This document shows positions 28,401 through 36,734 of a DNA stretch of 52,041 bases, in pieces (position 1 is the stretch's first letter; every line of letters starts with the position of its first letter). Source of the stretch: Candidatus Nomurabacteria bacterium (lineage in GTDB: Bacteria; Patescibacteriota; Minisyncoccia; Phycocordibacterales; UBA9973); NCBI GenBank assembly GCA_026395995.1, contig JAPLXQ010000013.1, forward strand, positions 1 to 52,041, written 5' to 3'. Below the pieces are notes generated by a model that saw nothing but the letters and a program-made list of their open reading frames with translations, did no database searches and was not told where the DNA came from. The position numbers and the translations under genes are program-made.

Positions 28401-30406
28401 GTATGTCCACCATCATTCAATACTCCCATTTGTAAATATGCATCATCACCTATTTCAAAAATACTTTTATTGGTGTTAATAGACAAAACACCCCAAGTGA
28501 AATCTTGTTGTGAGACGATTATCGCTTGTGGTGTATTTACTGTTACCTTGAGCGTATATTTTCCAGGTTTAAATTCCCTACCTTTTGTTATTTGGACCTG
28601 CTGTTTATCTATTCCGTTTATGTTTACATTTATTACTCTTGCATTTATATCTGTATCATCCCCATTTAAATCTAAAACTTTTGCTGTAACATCAGGGGTA
28701 TCAGCTAAAGCTTTTTTTGTTTTTAAAAAATCTAAAAATGAAACTGGTGCATCTATTGATTTTATTTCAGTAGTATTTATTGTCTTGTCTTCTTCTTTTT
28801 TTGGTATATCTGGTAAAACTATGATTTGAGAATCTTGTAAATTGTTAGGCAATGCTGTATTCAGAGAATCAGCAGTGGGTTTTACAATATCTTTTATAGA
28901 ATTAATAGTATTATTAGAAGTTGTGTTATCTATAACAGGAGTATCTGTGAGAACTCCAGCTTTATCATCTACCACTTCAGCAGTGCCATTATTTACTAAA
29001 TCTTTAATATCATTAATATTTAAATTTGGAGTATTGATAGTGAAGTTTACATCTTCACTGGAATTAAAATCTTGCTGAGGATTTGAAATAACAATACTAG
29101 AATCTTTTAATTCAACTGTTGGACGATTTAAAATTTCTTTTATATCTTGATATTCGACACTCATTTTCATAGCATCGAGATATATAACAGCGGGAGTATC
29201 ATAAGTCGGTAATGTTTTTATTGAAATTTGAAGATTATCTAAATTTGCCCAAGCATCGAGTGGTATATCAAAAGAAGCATTTTGCCATTGACTACGGCTA
29301 ATAGTTCCAAGACTTTTCCAATCTGTACCATCGAGAGTATATTCTACTTCAGCAAAAGCATCTTGATTTATTTTATCTGAGTTTAATTCAGTTTTCAAAA
29401 GATTGTCTTGATTTATTTTATTTATATCTGATGTTGTATTTGTTGTATCTGTATTTGTTATTGCATCAGGTAAGGTAATTGGTTCAACAACAGGCACAGC
29501 TTCTATAGATGTTGCAGTGGGATCAGAAACTATTACCGGTGCAATATCTGGCGTAGATTGTTCAACTACAGGTGTAGGTGAAGGTTCTGGAGCAGGAGTA
29601 GGAGTAGTATTTTCTTGCGCAAAAACTTTTGTAGAAAAAATATTATACAAAAAAGCTGATACTGGATTATCAGCTGGAGCTGATTCTGGTGCTGGAGCTA
29701 GACTAGGGTCTGGCGCAGGAGCTTGTTCTGCTGGAGCAGAATCTTGTGACGGAACATTCACAGAATTATCAGGATTATTTGGAACTTCTATTAAATTTAT
29801 ATTTGAATTATTATTTGTATCTGTAGTAGAAGAATTATTTGTATCTGTGGAATTAGAATTTGTATCTATAGTATTTATATTTTGTTGATCCGTATTTGAA
29901 ACATTTTCAAATGGTTTTACTTCATTGTGATTTACTGATCCATCATCTACAGACCAAGAAAAAGATAAATGAAAATTTGTTGGTTGTGTGTTATCGAGAA
30001 CTTCCCCTTTGAAACTTCCACAAAAAATAGAACCACTGGATTTATCTAAACGTGCAGAATTAGAAATACTAAAACTTTCTAGAGATGAACCTTCTGGTAA
30101 ATCAGGTTCACCTTGGGCATTTTCTGGATGCTCCCATCCACCGAGACAACTCGTAGGATAAAAATTCGTCACAGATGCATGACCCATAGAAAAAGCACTT
30201 AAAATCGAAAGAGAAATTACTAAAGTTAAAACACCAAAAATAGCTCGACGGTGCTCACGAAATAATTCTTTCATTCTATCAAAATGAATTTCAACAATCG
30301 GTAAATTTTCTTTCAAAATAGGATGATTCTCAATCGTTCTTCGAACGATATCTTGCATAAAAAAATGCTTCGCCTTTTCATCTTTTTTTGGACGCAAAAA
30401 TTTCAT
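22478..30406 (-). CDS. Giant (2642 aa) surface protein: N-terminal TM, acidic Ig-like region, long T/G/S/A-rich beta-solenoid, C-terminal shared domain
   Basis: Uninterrupted 7.9-kb ORF with internal repeats; ends ANISDTTPAGNYSTTITYIATGNF. Confidence 0.88.
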   Translation of the reverse strand: MKFLRPKKDEKAKHFFMQDIVRRTIENHPILKENLPIVEIHFDRMKELFREHRRAIFGVLTLVISLSILSAFSMGHASVTNFYPTSCLGGWEHPENAQGEPDLPEGSSLESFSISNSARLDKSSGSIFCGSFKGEVLDNTQPTNFHLSFSWSVDDGSVNHNEVKPFENVSNTDQQNINTIDTNSNSTDTNNSSTTDTNNNSNINLIEVPNNPDNSVNVPSQDSAPAEQAPAPDPSLAPAPESAPADNPVSAFLYNIFSTKVFAQENTTPTPAPEPSPTPVVEQSTPDIAPVIVSDPTATSIEAVPVVEPITLPDAITNTDTTNTTSDINKINQDNLLKTELNSDKINQDAFAEVEYTLDGTDWKSLGTISRSQWQNASFDIPLDAWANLDNLQISIKTLPTYDTPAVIYLDAMKMSVEYQDIKEILNRPTVELKDSSIVISNPQQDFNSSEDVNFTINTPNLNINDIKDLVNNGTAEVVDDKAGVLTDTPVIDNTTSNNTINSIKDIVKPTADSLNTALPNNLQDSQIIVLPDIPKKEEDKTINTTEIKSIDAPVSFLDFLKTKKALADTPDVTAKVLDLNGDDTDINARVINVNINGIDKQQVQITKGREFKPGKYTLKVTVNTPQAIIVSQQDFTWGVLSINTNKSIFEIGDDAYLQMGVLNDGGHTICDADLNLSITSPSGSINNFSTGNNSIIRESQCGPDNVISVPDYYAHFNIPNEVGTYKMKLTANTYNGIKTINDTFEVSSNSNISVERIGPTRIWPLANYPMLIKVTANNNWQGTVSEFVPESFDILAPENGENFNSVDTIEDPNNPSLQVKKISWNVNLIAGQTIELGYIFDAPNISPEYYVLGKIQLNNNGNISFEESRNWQIASDAACNATATGTWGGTDTASFTSCTGAATTGTGTGNRPGIADALTINSGVTVTLSASASVGSITMAVATAANGLTISTGATLTVTTSSGGTGAITYTGNTTANAQTITLNGTGSISAVSMVLNVPTSTGGSKFTCAAGSGSLTLSSTLTLTGNSTTTGTNVIAMDTCTLSVGGLLSINGGTNATGVASVTSSTGTITALAGLSFGNTVANTRFTTTGAGIFNLTGTMQGAGIVSFNAGTTVNISGTSAISAAYTFPIVNITSGTTTLGNVGITFSGLVTVSGSLASNGATGTKAFSGGVMVNSGGSFNLSGVATITTFAGTLTASTGATAFNSGTGAVTFTAATTLAGTVAMSFGGAVTINAGVIVTNNNTSATGVTFSTLTITGGAITANTGLSLSTGTVTSTTTTLTIGANQSTGAFSDTITMNGTATLTVGTTATFTIPTTTVAGAKEGIIAASGASGTLTINGTTTINGGATGTQFNGIDLSLGTNAFTSAAVTLTGGAAGTASLTMGTGALTINGNVTFGTAGNISRSVITTGASAITLNNCTLGASGTLSWASATSFTTTGTVALNGAIYTFPMLTVSTGTTTLGGADTISNNLVVSANATLKFGGFGFTVSGTSSISGSVICPAAATCTGAKTFTGAVTINSGGSFNLSTGAPSVVATTIFGSDITMASSAISFNTHTGATTFNATSTLSGPVAMTFGGTVTLGTANAATITNSNTSTVTFGALTLFNGAGGAENVSLSDLSTTTVTGAISFTANNRNFSQTITMNGNANLNAGSLSIPAPSNTGLSTITCNAGTGTFTITGAATITGNSTSTGNSSLAMSSCNLSVGGLLTLTGGTNATGTAGVTSSTGNVTILAGLTFTTANVANTRFTKTSTGTIQLTGTMTGAGIVSINSGATFNTSGIATLSTSTTFPNLNVLDGTTKLGAVAITFTGASNISGSVICIAAASCTGLKTFTGDVTVNAGGLFDLNVGTPTVTPTTSFGGNITNNGTGVLNTGISTSSTTTFTGSPTLSGSMGMTFWTVTVASGLSITNSNTATVTFQGNFILASGSLGISLSDLSTTTVTGTTSFNANSSASNMYITMNGNANLNLAIMNNTAPTGSGNTGIFCNNGTGTMTTTGAVTFIGNSTSTGTMTMTMGSCHSSFGGLLTLTGGTNATGVAALTASTGNITLGAGLTFSGTVADTRFTKTSTGTIQLTGLMAGAGIISINSGATFNTSGTAGFNTAITLPNLNVLDGTTSLGGVAITISGATNVTGSLVGSSSSNPKTFSGLVTVNAASSFDLSGGALYTVVNNFNAGITMNGTSFNTSAGATTITASQNLSGSGPIIFGGAVTISSGFTLTNNNTGTVDFNSTITGGNGSSNFATGLNSNTNFASTVMATGILTPGTVVNTVAYDGGTQTIKIPTTNPYYNLSVTAAGVKSLAAITTVTGTTNISAGTLDTTLASHYNLTTGNMTIGVGGTFLPQASTVTVTGNWSNSGTFTAGTSTVLMNGGNTATVSGTTTFNNFTITHTGAKEVDFQTAGSPVFHVTGIFTVTGSLGNLITLRSDATPTKWTIDPTGTANADYLDVMDGGCFSGAITINTSNLTNSGNNDACWLPTAITFSFSNDNSNIGFGTLSSSNICYANATGGSVGSDVVAHSLNIITNAAYGYTLTYFGNTLTSGGNTISPAVNISAGSIGQSEFALSGTMITSGTGAMYANYNHATPKWSFVSGTTTPIASSSGPVTSDTVEMHYLANISDTTPAGNYSTTITYIATGNF
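24103..25281. repeat. Intragenic direct repeat, period about 951-954 bp
   Basis: Identical tracts 24103-24139/25054-25090 (37 bp), 24171-24210/25122-25161 (40 bp) and 24285-24327/25239-25281 (43 bp); a more diverged third copy near 27050-27270. Confidence 0.88.
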
Positions 30407-30457
30407 AATATAATATATATTATATCAGTTTAATTAATAAAATAGAAATATTTTTAT

Positions 30458-31204
30458 TTAGTTTAATGCATCAGGATGCCTATCGCTCCAAGCGTAAAGG
30501 GCAATAGCAGTAGAAACTGCGGCATTCATTGATTCACATTGTTTATGCATAGGAATTCGGAGCATTACATCACAGTGTTCACGAGTTTTTTCTCTAATTC
30601 CACGAGCTTCATTCCCTATTATAAAAACAGTTGGTGTTTCGAATTTTTCGTCATTGAGTATTTGTTTTGATTCTCCATCTAAACCATAAATCCAGAAGCC
30701 TTTTTCTTTTAAATCTTTAATCAAATTATTTATATTTCCTATTTGAATCAGTGGTACACGAAAAGCCATTCCAGCGGAAACTTTTACTACTGCACCTGTG
30801 ACTGGAGCTTGGTTATGTTCAGGAATAAAAATACCAGCGATACCCATCGCAGCAGAAGTACGAATTATTGATCCGACGTTTTGTGGATCTTGAAGTTCTC
30901 CTAAAATCACTAGGCAAGTGTCCGGAGTTATTTTTAAATTCTTTATAAAATTATCATAATTCAAAACCAAACGATCAACAGAGAGTAAGCCGATAATCCC
31001 TTGATGTTTTGCATCACGGTCGAGTCCTCCTGTCTCAGAGCCATTGAATTTAGCGACAGACACGCCAGATTTATTCACTAAAGCCATTAATTCAGCATCG
31101 TCTTGATTCGCCAAAAAAACCTTTTTCAAACTTTCAGGTTTATTCGCGAGTGCCTCCATTACTGCATGCTTACCATATATATAGATTTTCTCTTCTTTAG
31201 CCAT
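30458..31204 (-). CDS. rlmB: 23S rRNA Gm2251 methyltransferase RlmB (SpoU family)
   Basis: IYGKHAVMEAL, HQGI, QDPQNVGSIIRT, KVSAG, IGNEARG and ESMNAAVS motifs. Confidence 0.92.
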   Translation of the reverse strand: MAKEEKIYIYGKHAVMEALANKPESLKKVFLANQDDAELMALVNKSGVSVAKFNGSETGGLDRDAKHQGIIGLLSVDRLVLNYDNFIKNLKITPDTCLVILGELQDPQNVGSIIRTSAAMGIAGIFIPEHNQAPVTGAVVKVSAGMAFRVPLIQIGNINNLIKDLKEKGFWIYGLDGESKQILNDEKFETPTVFIIGNEARGIREKTREHCDVMLRIPMHKQCESMNAAVSTAIALYAWSDRHPDALN

Positions 31205-31264
31205 TTGGCTACTATAACACTTTTTACGAATTTTGGAAATAAAATGAATTGAAAATAGCTTTAT

Positions 31265-31795
31265 TTAATCAATTTGATAAACCCAGCCCGGTTGCCATTT
31301 GAATTTAGCAGTAGTCAATGACTCGAGTGATTCTCCATTGATAAAATGGTCTAAGCCATATTGAGTCGCTCGATGACCGATAACCATAACTTTTTTATTA
31401 TTATAATTCTTTTTTAAATCATCAATAAAACTTTTCATCCGAATGTTTGTTTGCGTGTAACTTTCACCATTTGGAAATGGAATTTCGATTCTATTTGGTC
31501 TTTCATTATCAATTTCTTCACTTGGGTGTCCAGTCAAATCTCCATAATCACATTCCCGAAGTCGAGCATCTTTTATAATAGGAAATTTATTTCCAAAAGC
31601 TATTTCTGCACTCTTATATGCTCGTTGTAAATCAGAACAAAAGATTACATCAAAATGATCATCTTTGTGGCGTTCACCCATATCTTTTGCTTGTTGCATG
31701 CCCAGTGGAGACAAAGCAATATCATTATAACCTGAAGCTATTTTTGCTTCATTATCAAGCGTTGTAGAGTGCCCTTCAAAAATTATTTTTATCAT
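31265..31795 (-). CDS. Histidine phosphatase superfamily protein (non-canonical RHG motif)
   Basis: FEGHSTT, D..LS..G..QA, SDLQRA, DARLRECDYG, FPNGES and VIGH motifs. Confidence 0.88.
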   Translation of the reverse strand: MIKIIFEGHSTTLDNEAKIASGYNDIALSPLGMQQAKDMGERHKDDHFDVIFCSDLQRAYKSAEIAFGNKFPIIKDARLRECDYGDLTGHPSEEIDNERPNRIEIPFPNGESYTQTNIRMKSFIDDLKKNYNNKKVMVIGHRATQYGLDHFINGESLESLTTAKFKWQPGWVYQID

Positions 31796-31816
31796 AAGAT
31801 TATTATATTAAAAAAA

Positions 31817-31891
31817 TTAAACGAGCCATTTGTATGGCTTTAAAAGACTGAAAAGATTTGGTTTTACTTTTTTATCTCCTTTTGGGTTCAT
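31817..31891 (-). pseudogene. 24-codon ORF, possibly an N-terminal remnant of an ABC exporter gene
   Basis: MNPKGDKKVKPNLFSLLKPYKWLV* behind a TGCTATAAT box; the LFSLLKPY segment resembles ABC exporter N-termini (from recollection). Confidence 0.3.
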
Positions 31892-31955
31892 TTTTGTATA
31901 TATCTAAATAACCAGCATATTATAGCATTTTTGCGAGGTTTTGGAATTGAGAAAA

Positions 31956-33632
31956 TTATTTTTCTTCTACATTAATTCCATAGGAAATAACTCTTTCTAA
32001 ATTCATCGGTGATTCTTTTGCTATAATTTTTAATGCGCCTTCTGCATTATTACTTATAATTTGCATATTTTCATCTGAAGGATTATATGTACCAAACTTG
32101 AGAGTCTGACTAACAACTATTCTTAAAGAATCTCCTTTTATTTTTTTAAAAAGATTATAATATTCACTAACTGATATTTTGGCTAATGTTTCGATGTCTT
32201 CGTGATTCCAACTATTTGTTCTTGCGATATTAATTATAATTTCTTCAGGTTGTCTTGTATCTTTAAATGTTGCAAGTTTATTAACAAAAAATTTTTTAAA
32301 ATTTACATCATTAATGTTTAAAAACATTGAGCGACCTGGATCGTAAAATTTTTGATCTTCATTATTTCTTTCACTCATATATAGTGCAATCAACTTATCA
32401 GCTTCTGCATTTTTATTAAACTTACGGAAAAAAACTATTATATAATCTGCATTCATTGGACTCATTGATTTAACATTTTTTTCAAATGATTTATATAAAC
32501 CATCTAAAACTTCACTATCATTCTTATCAAAAGAATTATGATATTTTTTCCATGCATCATGAACTGAATTATCTCTATCTTCTAATTCATATCTTTTATC
32601 AGCTTCTTGAGAATTTTTTTCTATTGCATCAGAATCAAAATATCCATCTTGAATAGCTTTCAATAAAAGAGCATCAAATTCATCAAAACTACTAAAATTT
32701 ATTTTATTTATAATTAATCGCCATTCTTTCTCTTTTTCTCCTTCTTTATTTTTATCATCAAAAAGATCTCCATATCTAAGAAAACTTTTTATAAAATCCA
32801 AAGAAGGGGCTATGGTAGGTTGATAAATTGCCCATCCTAAAAGGGTAACTGATACTATCGCAGATTCAAAAATTCTTTCATCATGAGAAATTAAAAGTTT
32901 TTCTAGTTTTTTTAGTAAAGCTTCAATTTTTCTAATAACTCTTATATTAACTATACCTAAGCTAATACAAGTTTCTGAGAACTTTTTATTAAAAGAAGTA
33001 CTTTTATCTATACCTATTTCTGCTGATTCAATAGGAGTTGGTTCAAAATGCATTTCAACATCAATCACCTTTTCTAGTTGGTTTTTAAAATCATCATTTT
33101 TATCATTTTTGATAAGTTGCTCATCGTTCAAAAGAAGCACTACTTTACAATTTCTTTCATTTTTTAAAAACGATATAAAACCAAGAACTTCTTTAGTAGA
33201 TAAACCTTCTCCCCTACGCTCTAAATCATCAATACAAATTATTTGTCCTCTAACAGCAAGGAAAAGTTCAGGTAAATAATCTTTTATTTTAGGAATATAT
33301 TGAAAAAATTTTGATAACCAACGAACATTTTTTTCAAGAGAATAAATACTATCTTGGACTGTTTTAATACTAGGTCCAGTATCAATCTGACCAACATTTA
33401 CAGTACTTTCAAAAATAGCAGTTTTAACTTTTTCAATTGTATTTACTCCGAACAAACTTACATAAGAATATCTTTTAAGAGAAATGCCATTTTTTAATTT
33501 TGATTCTTTTTTTAAATATTCTTTCCAAGCAAATGTTTTTCCAACACCCCATTTACCCATTATACAAATTACTTCTGGATCAGGACTTTTTAAAAAACGT
33601 TTAATTTCTTCAGATACTAATTTAATTGACAT
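31956..33632 (-). CDS. KAP-family-like P-loop NTPase
   Basis: IMGKWGVGKT Walker A, YVSLFG, ICIDDLER Walker B, EKVID and N.R motifs. Confidence 0.85.
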   Translation of the reverse strand: MSIKLVSEEIKRFLKSPDPEVICIMGKWGVGKTFAWKEYLKKESKLKNGISLKRYSYVSLFGVNTIEKVKTAIFESTVNVGQIDTGPSIKTVQDSIYSLEKNVRWLSKFFQYIPKIKDYLPELFLAVRGQIICIDDLERRGEGLSTKEVLGFISFLKNERNCKVVLLLNDEQLIKNDKNDDFKNQLEKVIDVEMHFEPTPIESAEIGIDKSTSFNKKFSETCISLGIVNIRVIRKIEALLKKLEKLLISHDERIFESAIVSVTLLGWAIYQPTIAPSLDFIKSFLRYGDLFDDKNKEGEKEKEWRLIINKINFSSFDEFDALLLKAIQDGYFDSDAIEKNSQEADKRYELEDRDNSVHDAWKKYHNSFDKNDSEVLDGLYKSFEKNVKSMSPMNADYIIVFFRKFNKNAEADKLIALYMSERNNEDQKFYDPGRSMFLNINDVNFKKFFVNKLATFKDTRQPEEIIINIARTNSWNHEDIETLAKISVSEYYNLFKKIKGDSLRIVVSQTLKFGTYNPSDENMQIISNNAEGALKIIAKESPMNLERVISYGINVEEK

Positions 33633-33637
33633 ATTGG

Positions 33638-34051
33638 TTAAATTTGTTTATTTTTTAAAATTTCGGCTAATTCTTTTACATTCCTAAAAGCATTTATGGA
33701 TTCCACTTCTTCTGGTGATACGAATTTAATTTCTAAACATTCTTCTGAAGGAGTAAAATTTAAATCTTTAACTTTTGTTTCAAGTACGATATTTACACTT
33801 CTCTTACCTTTCATATTTTCTCCAACTAAAAAATAAGATGGATTTTGTTTAATTTCCACTACTTCTAATCCCATTTCTTCTTTGAGCTCACGCCTAAGGC
33901 AGTCCCCGGGTCTTTCAGGCCAATCGAGTCCTCCACCAGGTAATTCCCACCACCCGCTATCTTCAAGGATAACGAGGAACTTGTCACGACTCTCATTTAA
34001 AATAAGCGCCTTGATACTCACTCTGTAAAATGTTTTTGGGATTTCATCCAT
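33638..34051 (-). CDS. NUDIX hydrolase
   Basis: WELPGGGLDWPERPGDCLRRELKEEMGL Nudix box. Confidence 0.92.
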   Translation of the reverse strand: MDEIPKTFYRVSIKALILNESRDKFLVILEDSGWWELPGGGLDWPERPGDCLRRELKEEMGLEVVEIKQNPSYFLVGENMKGKRSVNIVLETKVKDLNFTPSEECLEIKFVSPEEVESINAFRNVKELAEILKNKQI

Positions 34052-34077
34052 GGATTGATTATAACATGTAACTCTAA

Positions 34078-34593
34078 CTAGATTTGTTTATAAACTTCTT
34101 CTACTGTTTCTTCTAAAGTGAGATTGCTAGAATCTATTATTTTACAGTTTAACTCATCTTTCTTTTCTGAAAAAGTTTTATGCAAATCTTGAGTTCTTTT
34201 ACGAAGATCTTCATTATCCCCTCTTTCATCAAAACGTTTTAATAAAGATTCAAGCGATGGTAGGAGAAGAAATGTTTTGAAATTGTCGTCTTTAAAATAT
34301 TCAGAATATTGTCCAAGTAATTTTCTTCCAACTACATCATCAATAAAAACACTAAAACCTTTTTCTAGTAAATTATGAGCCATATCACAGGTATTTTTTG
34401 CACTGAGAGAAAGCTGCAATTCTACTTCGTTATTATAAGGATAGGGTCTAACCTGTCCTCCTATAACCATTGCACGAAGTTTATCTACTTCTATTACAGC
34501 ACTTCGTTCAAATTTATTGGCTAATGCTTTTGTCACTGATGATTTCCCCGCCCCTGCCGGACCAGTGATTAAACAAATAAAATTTTCTTTCAT
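34078..34593 (-). CDS. Small P-loop kinase (AAA_33 type)
   Basis: LITGPAGAGKSS, IEVDKLR, VFIDDV, L..R...R lid. Start moved to ATG 34593. Confidence 0.85.
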   Translation of the reverse strand: MKENFICLITGPAGAGKSSVTKALANKFERSAVIEVDKLRAMVIGGQVRPYPYNNEVELQLSLSAKNTCDMAHNLLEKGFSVFIDDVVGRKLLGQYSEYFKDDNFKTFLLLPSLESLLKRFDERGDNEDLRKRTQDLHKTFSEKKDELNCKIIDSSNLTLEETVEEVYKQI

Positions 34594-34697
34594 AGTTTTA
34601 TTATAACAGATTTTAATGGGAGAGATAAGAAATCGTTTTAATTTAAAAAAATAAAAAGGCTGTTTCTTACGCAACAGCCTCAAATGTTTAAACTTTA

Positions 34698-35297
34698 TTA
34701 CTTTAGACTTTTGTTTTTTATGATTCTTAAAATGTCCTTTATTTCTAATCCAGAAATAATATCAGGATTAATTTCAAGAAAAATATCACCGGACTGAAAC
34801 TTTTGAAATTCAGTAGGGCTGATAATTTTAAAACCTAAATCTTGAAGCATTTTGAGTACAGATGTTATCTGCCCTTCAGCTTCTGGTCCCACAAGGTCGA
34901 GAATTTGGCTTTCAAGCCCTGGTAACTTTGTTTCCTTTTTTACAACAACATTTCTCTTTTGAGAATAAACTATTTTTTTATCAATATTTTTATTTTCAAA
35001 AACTAATTTATCGGATGAAGTATCTTCTTTTTCATCGTTAGTCATAAAGCCTAATGCATAATAACCAGGAACTGCGTTCATTGCCAATTTCAAATTATAG
35101 ATTTTCATAAATTCAGCTTTTTCTACATCTTTCTCAATGCGTTCTTTTATGGCTTCGACTTGATATGCCACAAACAAAATAACAAATGACTCACCAGTAC
35201 CAGGAAGAGTATTACAATTATCTTTCTTTAAGAATTCATGGCACCAGCCTTGTAACCTTGTTACCAAACTAGGATCTTTAATAAGTTTATTTCCCAT
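34698..35297 (-). CDS. Hypothetical protein
   Basis: 199-aa ORF with an upstream TTGACT box and a downstream hairpin. Confidence 0.7.
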   Translation of the reverse strand: MGNKLIKDPSLVTRLQGWCHEFLKKDNCNTLPGTGESFVILFVAYQVEAIKERIEKDVEKAEFMKIYNLKLAMNAVPGYYALGFMTNDEKEDTSSDKLVFENKNIDKKIVYSQKRNVVVKKETKLPGLESQILDLVGPEAEGQITSVLKMLQDLGFKIISPTEFQKFQSGDIFLEINPDIISGLEIKDILRIIKNKSLK

Positions 35298-35457
35298 TAT
35301 TTTTTATTTTCAAGATTAATACTATGTTTTTATCAAATTACCATATTAGAAAAAAATAGTCAATTTATACAAATATAATTAAGAAATAACTAAAAAAGTT
35401 TTTTTAGTTGAAAAAATGTTGTTTTTGTTATAGAATAGCTGAGTTATTGTTTTATAT

Positions 35458-35528
35458 TGGGAGATCGTCTAACGGTAGGACAGAGGCCTTTGAAGCCTTT
35501 AATTGGGGTTCGATTCCCTATCTCCCAG
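35458..35528 (+). tRNA. tRNA-Gln (TTG), CCA not encoded
   Basis: Acceptor stem TGGGAGA/TCTCCCA, anticodon arm GAGGC-CTTTGAA-GCCTT, T arm TGGGG-TTCGATT-CCCTA. Confidence 0.97.
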
Positions 35529-35560
35529 CAATTGACTTTTCTATTTAAATATGTTAATTT

Positions 35561-35652
35561 AAAACTAATTTCGTACTTTGAAAATAGATTTTTTGTTGTT
35601 GATTTTTGTGTTTCCCCTGCTTCTTCTTAGAGGTAGAGGAAACATAAATAAT
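35561..35652 (+). repeat. Conserved structured 5' leader, copy 1
   Basis: 84/92 identical to 36869-36960; follows TTGACT-17-TAATTT; hairpin TTTGTGTTTCC...GGAAACATAAA. Confidence 0.88.
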
Positions 35653-35684
35653 CAATAGTAAATAAACCTCAAATAAATAAACAA

Positions 35685-36578
35685 ATGAAAAAAGTAGCAA
35701 CTGTAGTATTTATACTACTTAGTATTTCATGCGAAAATACTTATGAAAAAAATCGCAACAAAACAACCAGTACAGAAACACAAAATCAAACAACAACTGA
35801 ACAAGCTGAAAGTAAGCCTATCTTATTTACATTAGATTCACTTTCAGTAGAAAACTGTAACACAGACCAACAAATTGAATTCTTGGGGAATCCACCTAAG
35901 AGGTCTAATTTTTACATTATCGGAACAGCTCATTCGTATGTTAATACGGAAAAGCTACAAGGATATATGTATGACAATGGTGGTCTTATGCACAAAGCTT
36001 TTGAAAAAATTCACGAGCTGCAAGGAAACAACAATCCGTTACCGCTTTTTAGCGAAGGTGTCTTTATCAATAAGGGCATCTCAAATGTTACTGCCTTAGC
36101 CAAAGTTGTTCCTCCTTGTGTAATTGATATGGGGTACAAATCGGTAGAAGGAATTGATACGAGAGAACCATCACGAAACAGTATTTTAAATCCGTTGAAC
36201 ATAAAGTTCTCAGATATTTTTACTGAATATTGTGAAATGCGTATTGTAGATAGTGGCAAAGTAATGGGTACTATTAAAAAAGACATTCCTACTGATGTTT
36301 TTATTTGGTTACGTGATACGTGGTATCCGACAATAATCTCTCCTGACATTTCTTTAGAAGAGAGTATTATTTCAAAATCAAAAGAATCAGGGATAGTTGT
36401 TTGTGGTCTTCGTCATGTTGCGCGAATGGGTCTATCAGGTAAACTTGATTGGGCGATCGCTGCTGTTAATGGCGGAAAAAATGTTCTGGAAAGCAAAGAA
36501 GAAGGTATGTTCAGTAATCGAATAATGGCGGAACGGTTCGTATGTGAAAACGTACTAAAATTACCCTGCCTTCCGTAA
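35685..36578 (+). CDS. Hypothetical protein, lipoprotein-like signal
   Basis: MKKVATVVFILLSISC followed by a T/Q/E-rich linker. Confidence 0.75.
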   Translation: MKKVATVVFILLSISCENTYEKNRNKTTSTETQNQTTTEQAESKPILFTLDSLSVENCNTDQQIEFLGNPPKRSNFYIIGTAHSYVNTEKLQGYMYDNGGLMHKAFEKIHELQGNNNPLPLFSEGVFINKGISNVTALAKVVPPCVIDMGYKSVEGIDTREPSRNSILNPLNIKFSDIFTEYCEMRIVDSGKVMGTIKKDIPTDVFIWLRDTWYPTIISPDISLEESIISKSKESGIVVCGLRHVARMGLSGKLDWAIAAVNGGKNVLESKEEGMFSNRIMAERFVCENVLKLPCLP

Positions 36579-36597
36579 AAAGTTAGCAAATGTAAGG

Positions 36598-36632
36598 AAT
36601 CCTCTTCAAATAACATTGAGGAGGATTTTTTT
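36598..36632 (+). terminator. Intrinsic terminator
   Basis: AATCCTCTTCAA...TTGAGGAGGATT followed by a T-run. Confidence 0.75.
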
Positions 36633-36734
36633 ATTCATTTTAACCCTTACCCCTCAACAATTCCGTTCCCACGTCATCCCAGACGGTCAGCAATGGAAAT
36701 CTGAATTGATTTTCCCATTCTAGATTTACATAGG

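Noticed and set aside
23223-29888. Many plus-strand ORFs of 65-308 aa
   Set aside because: Antisense shadows of the T/G/S/A-rich giant gene; Val/Pro-rich with no independent signals.
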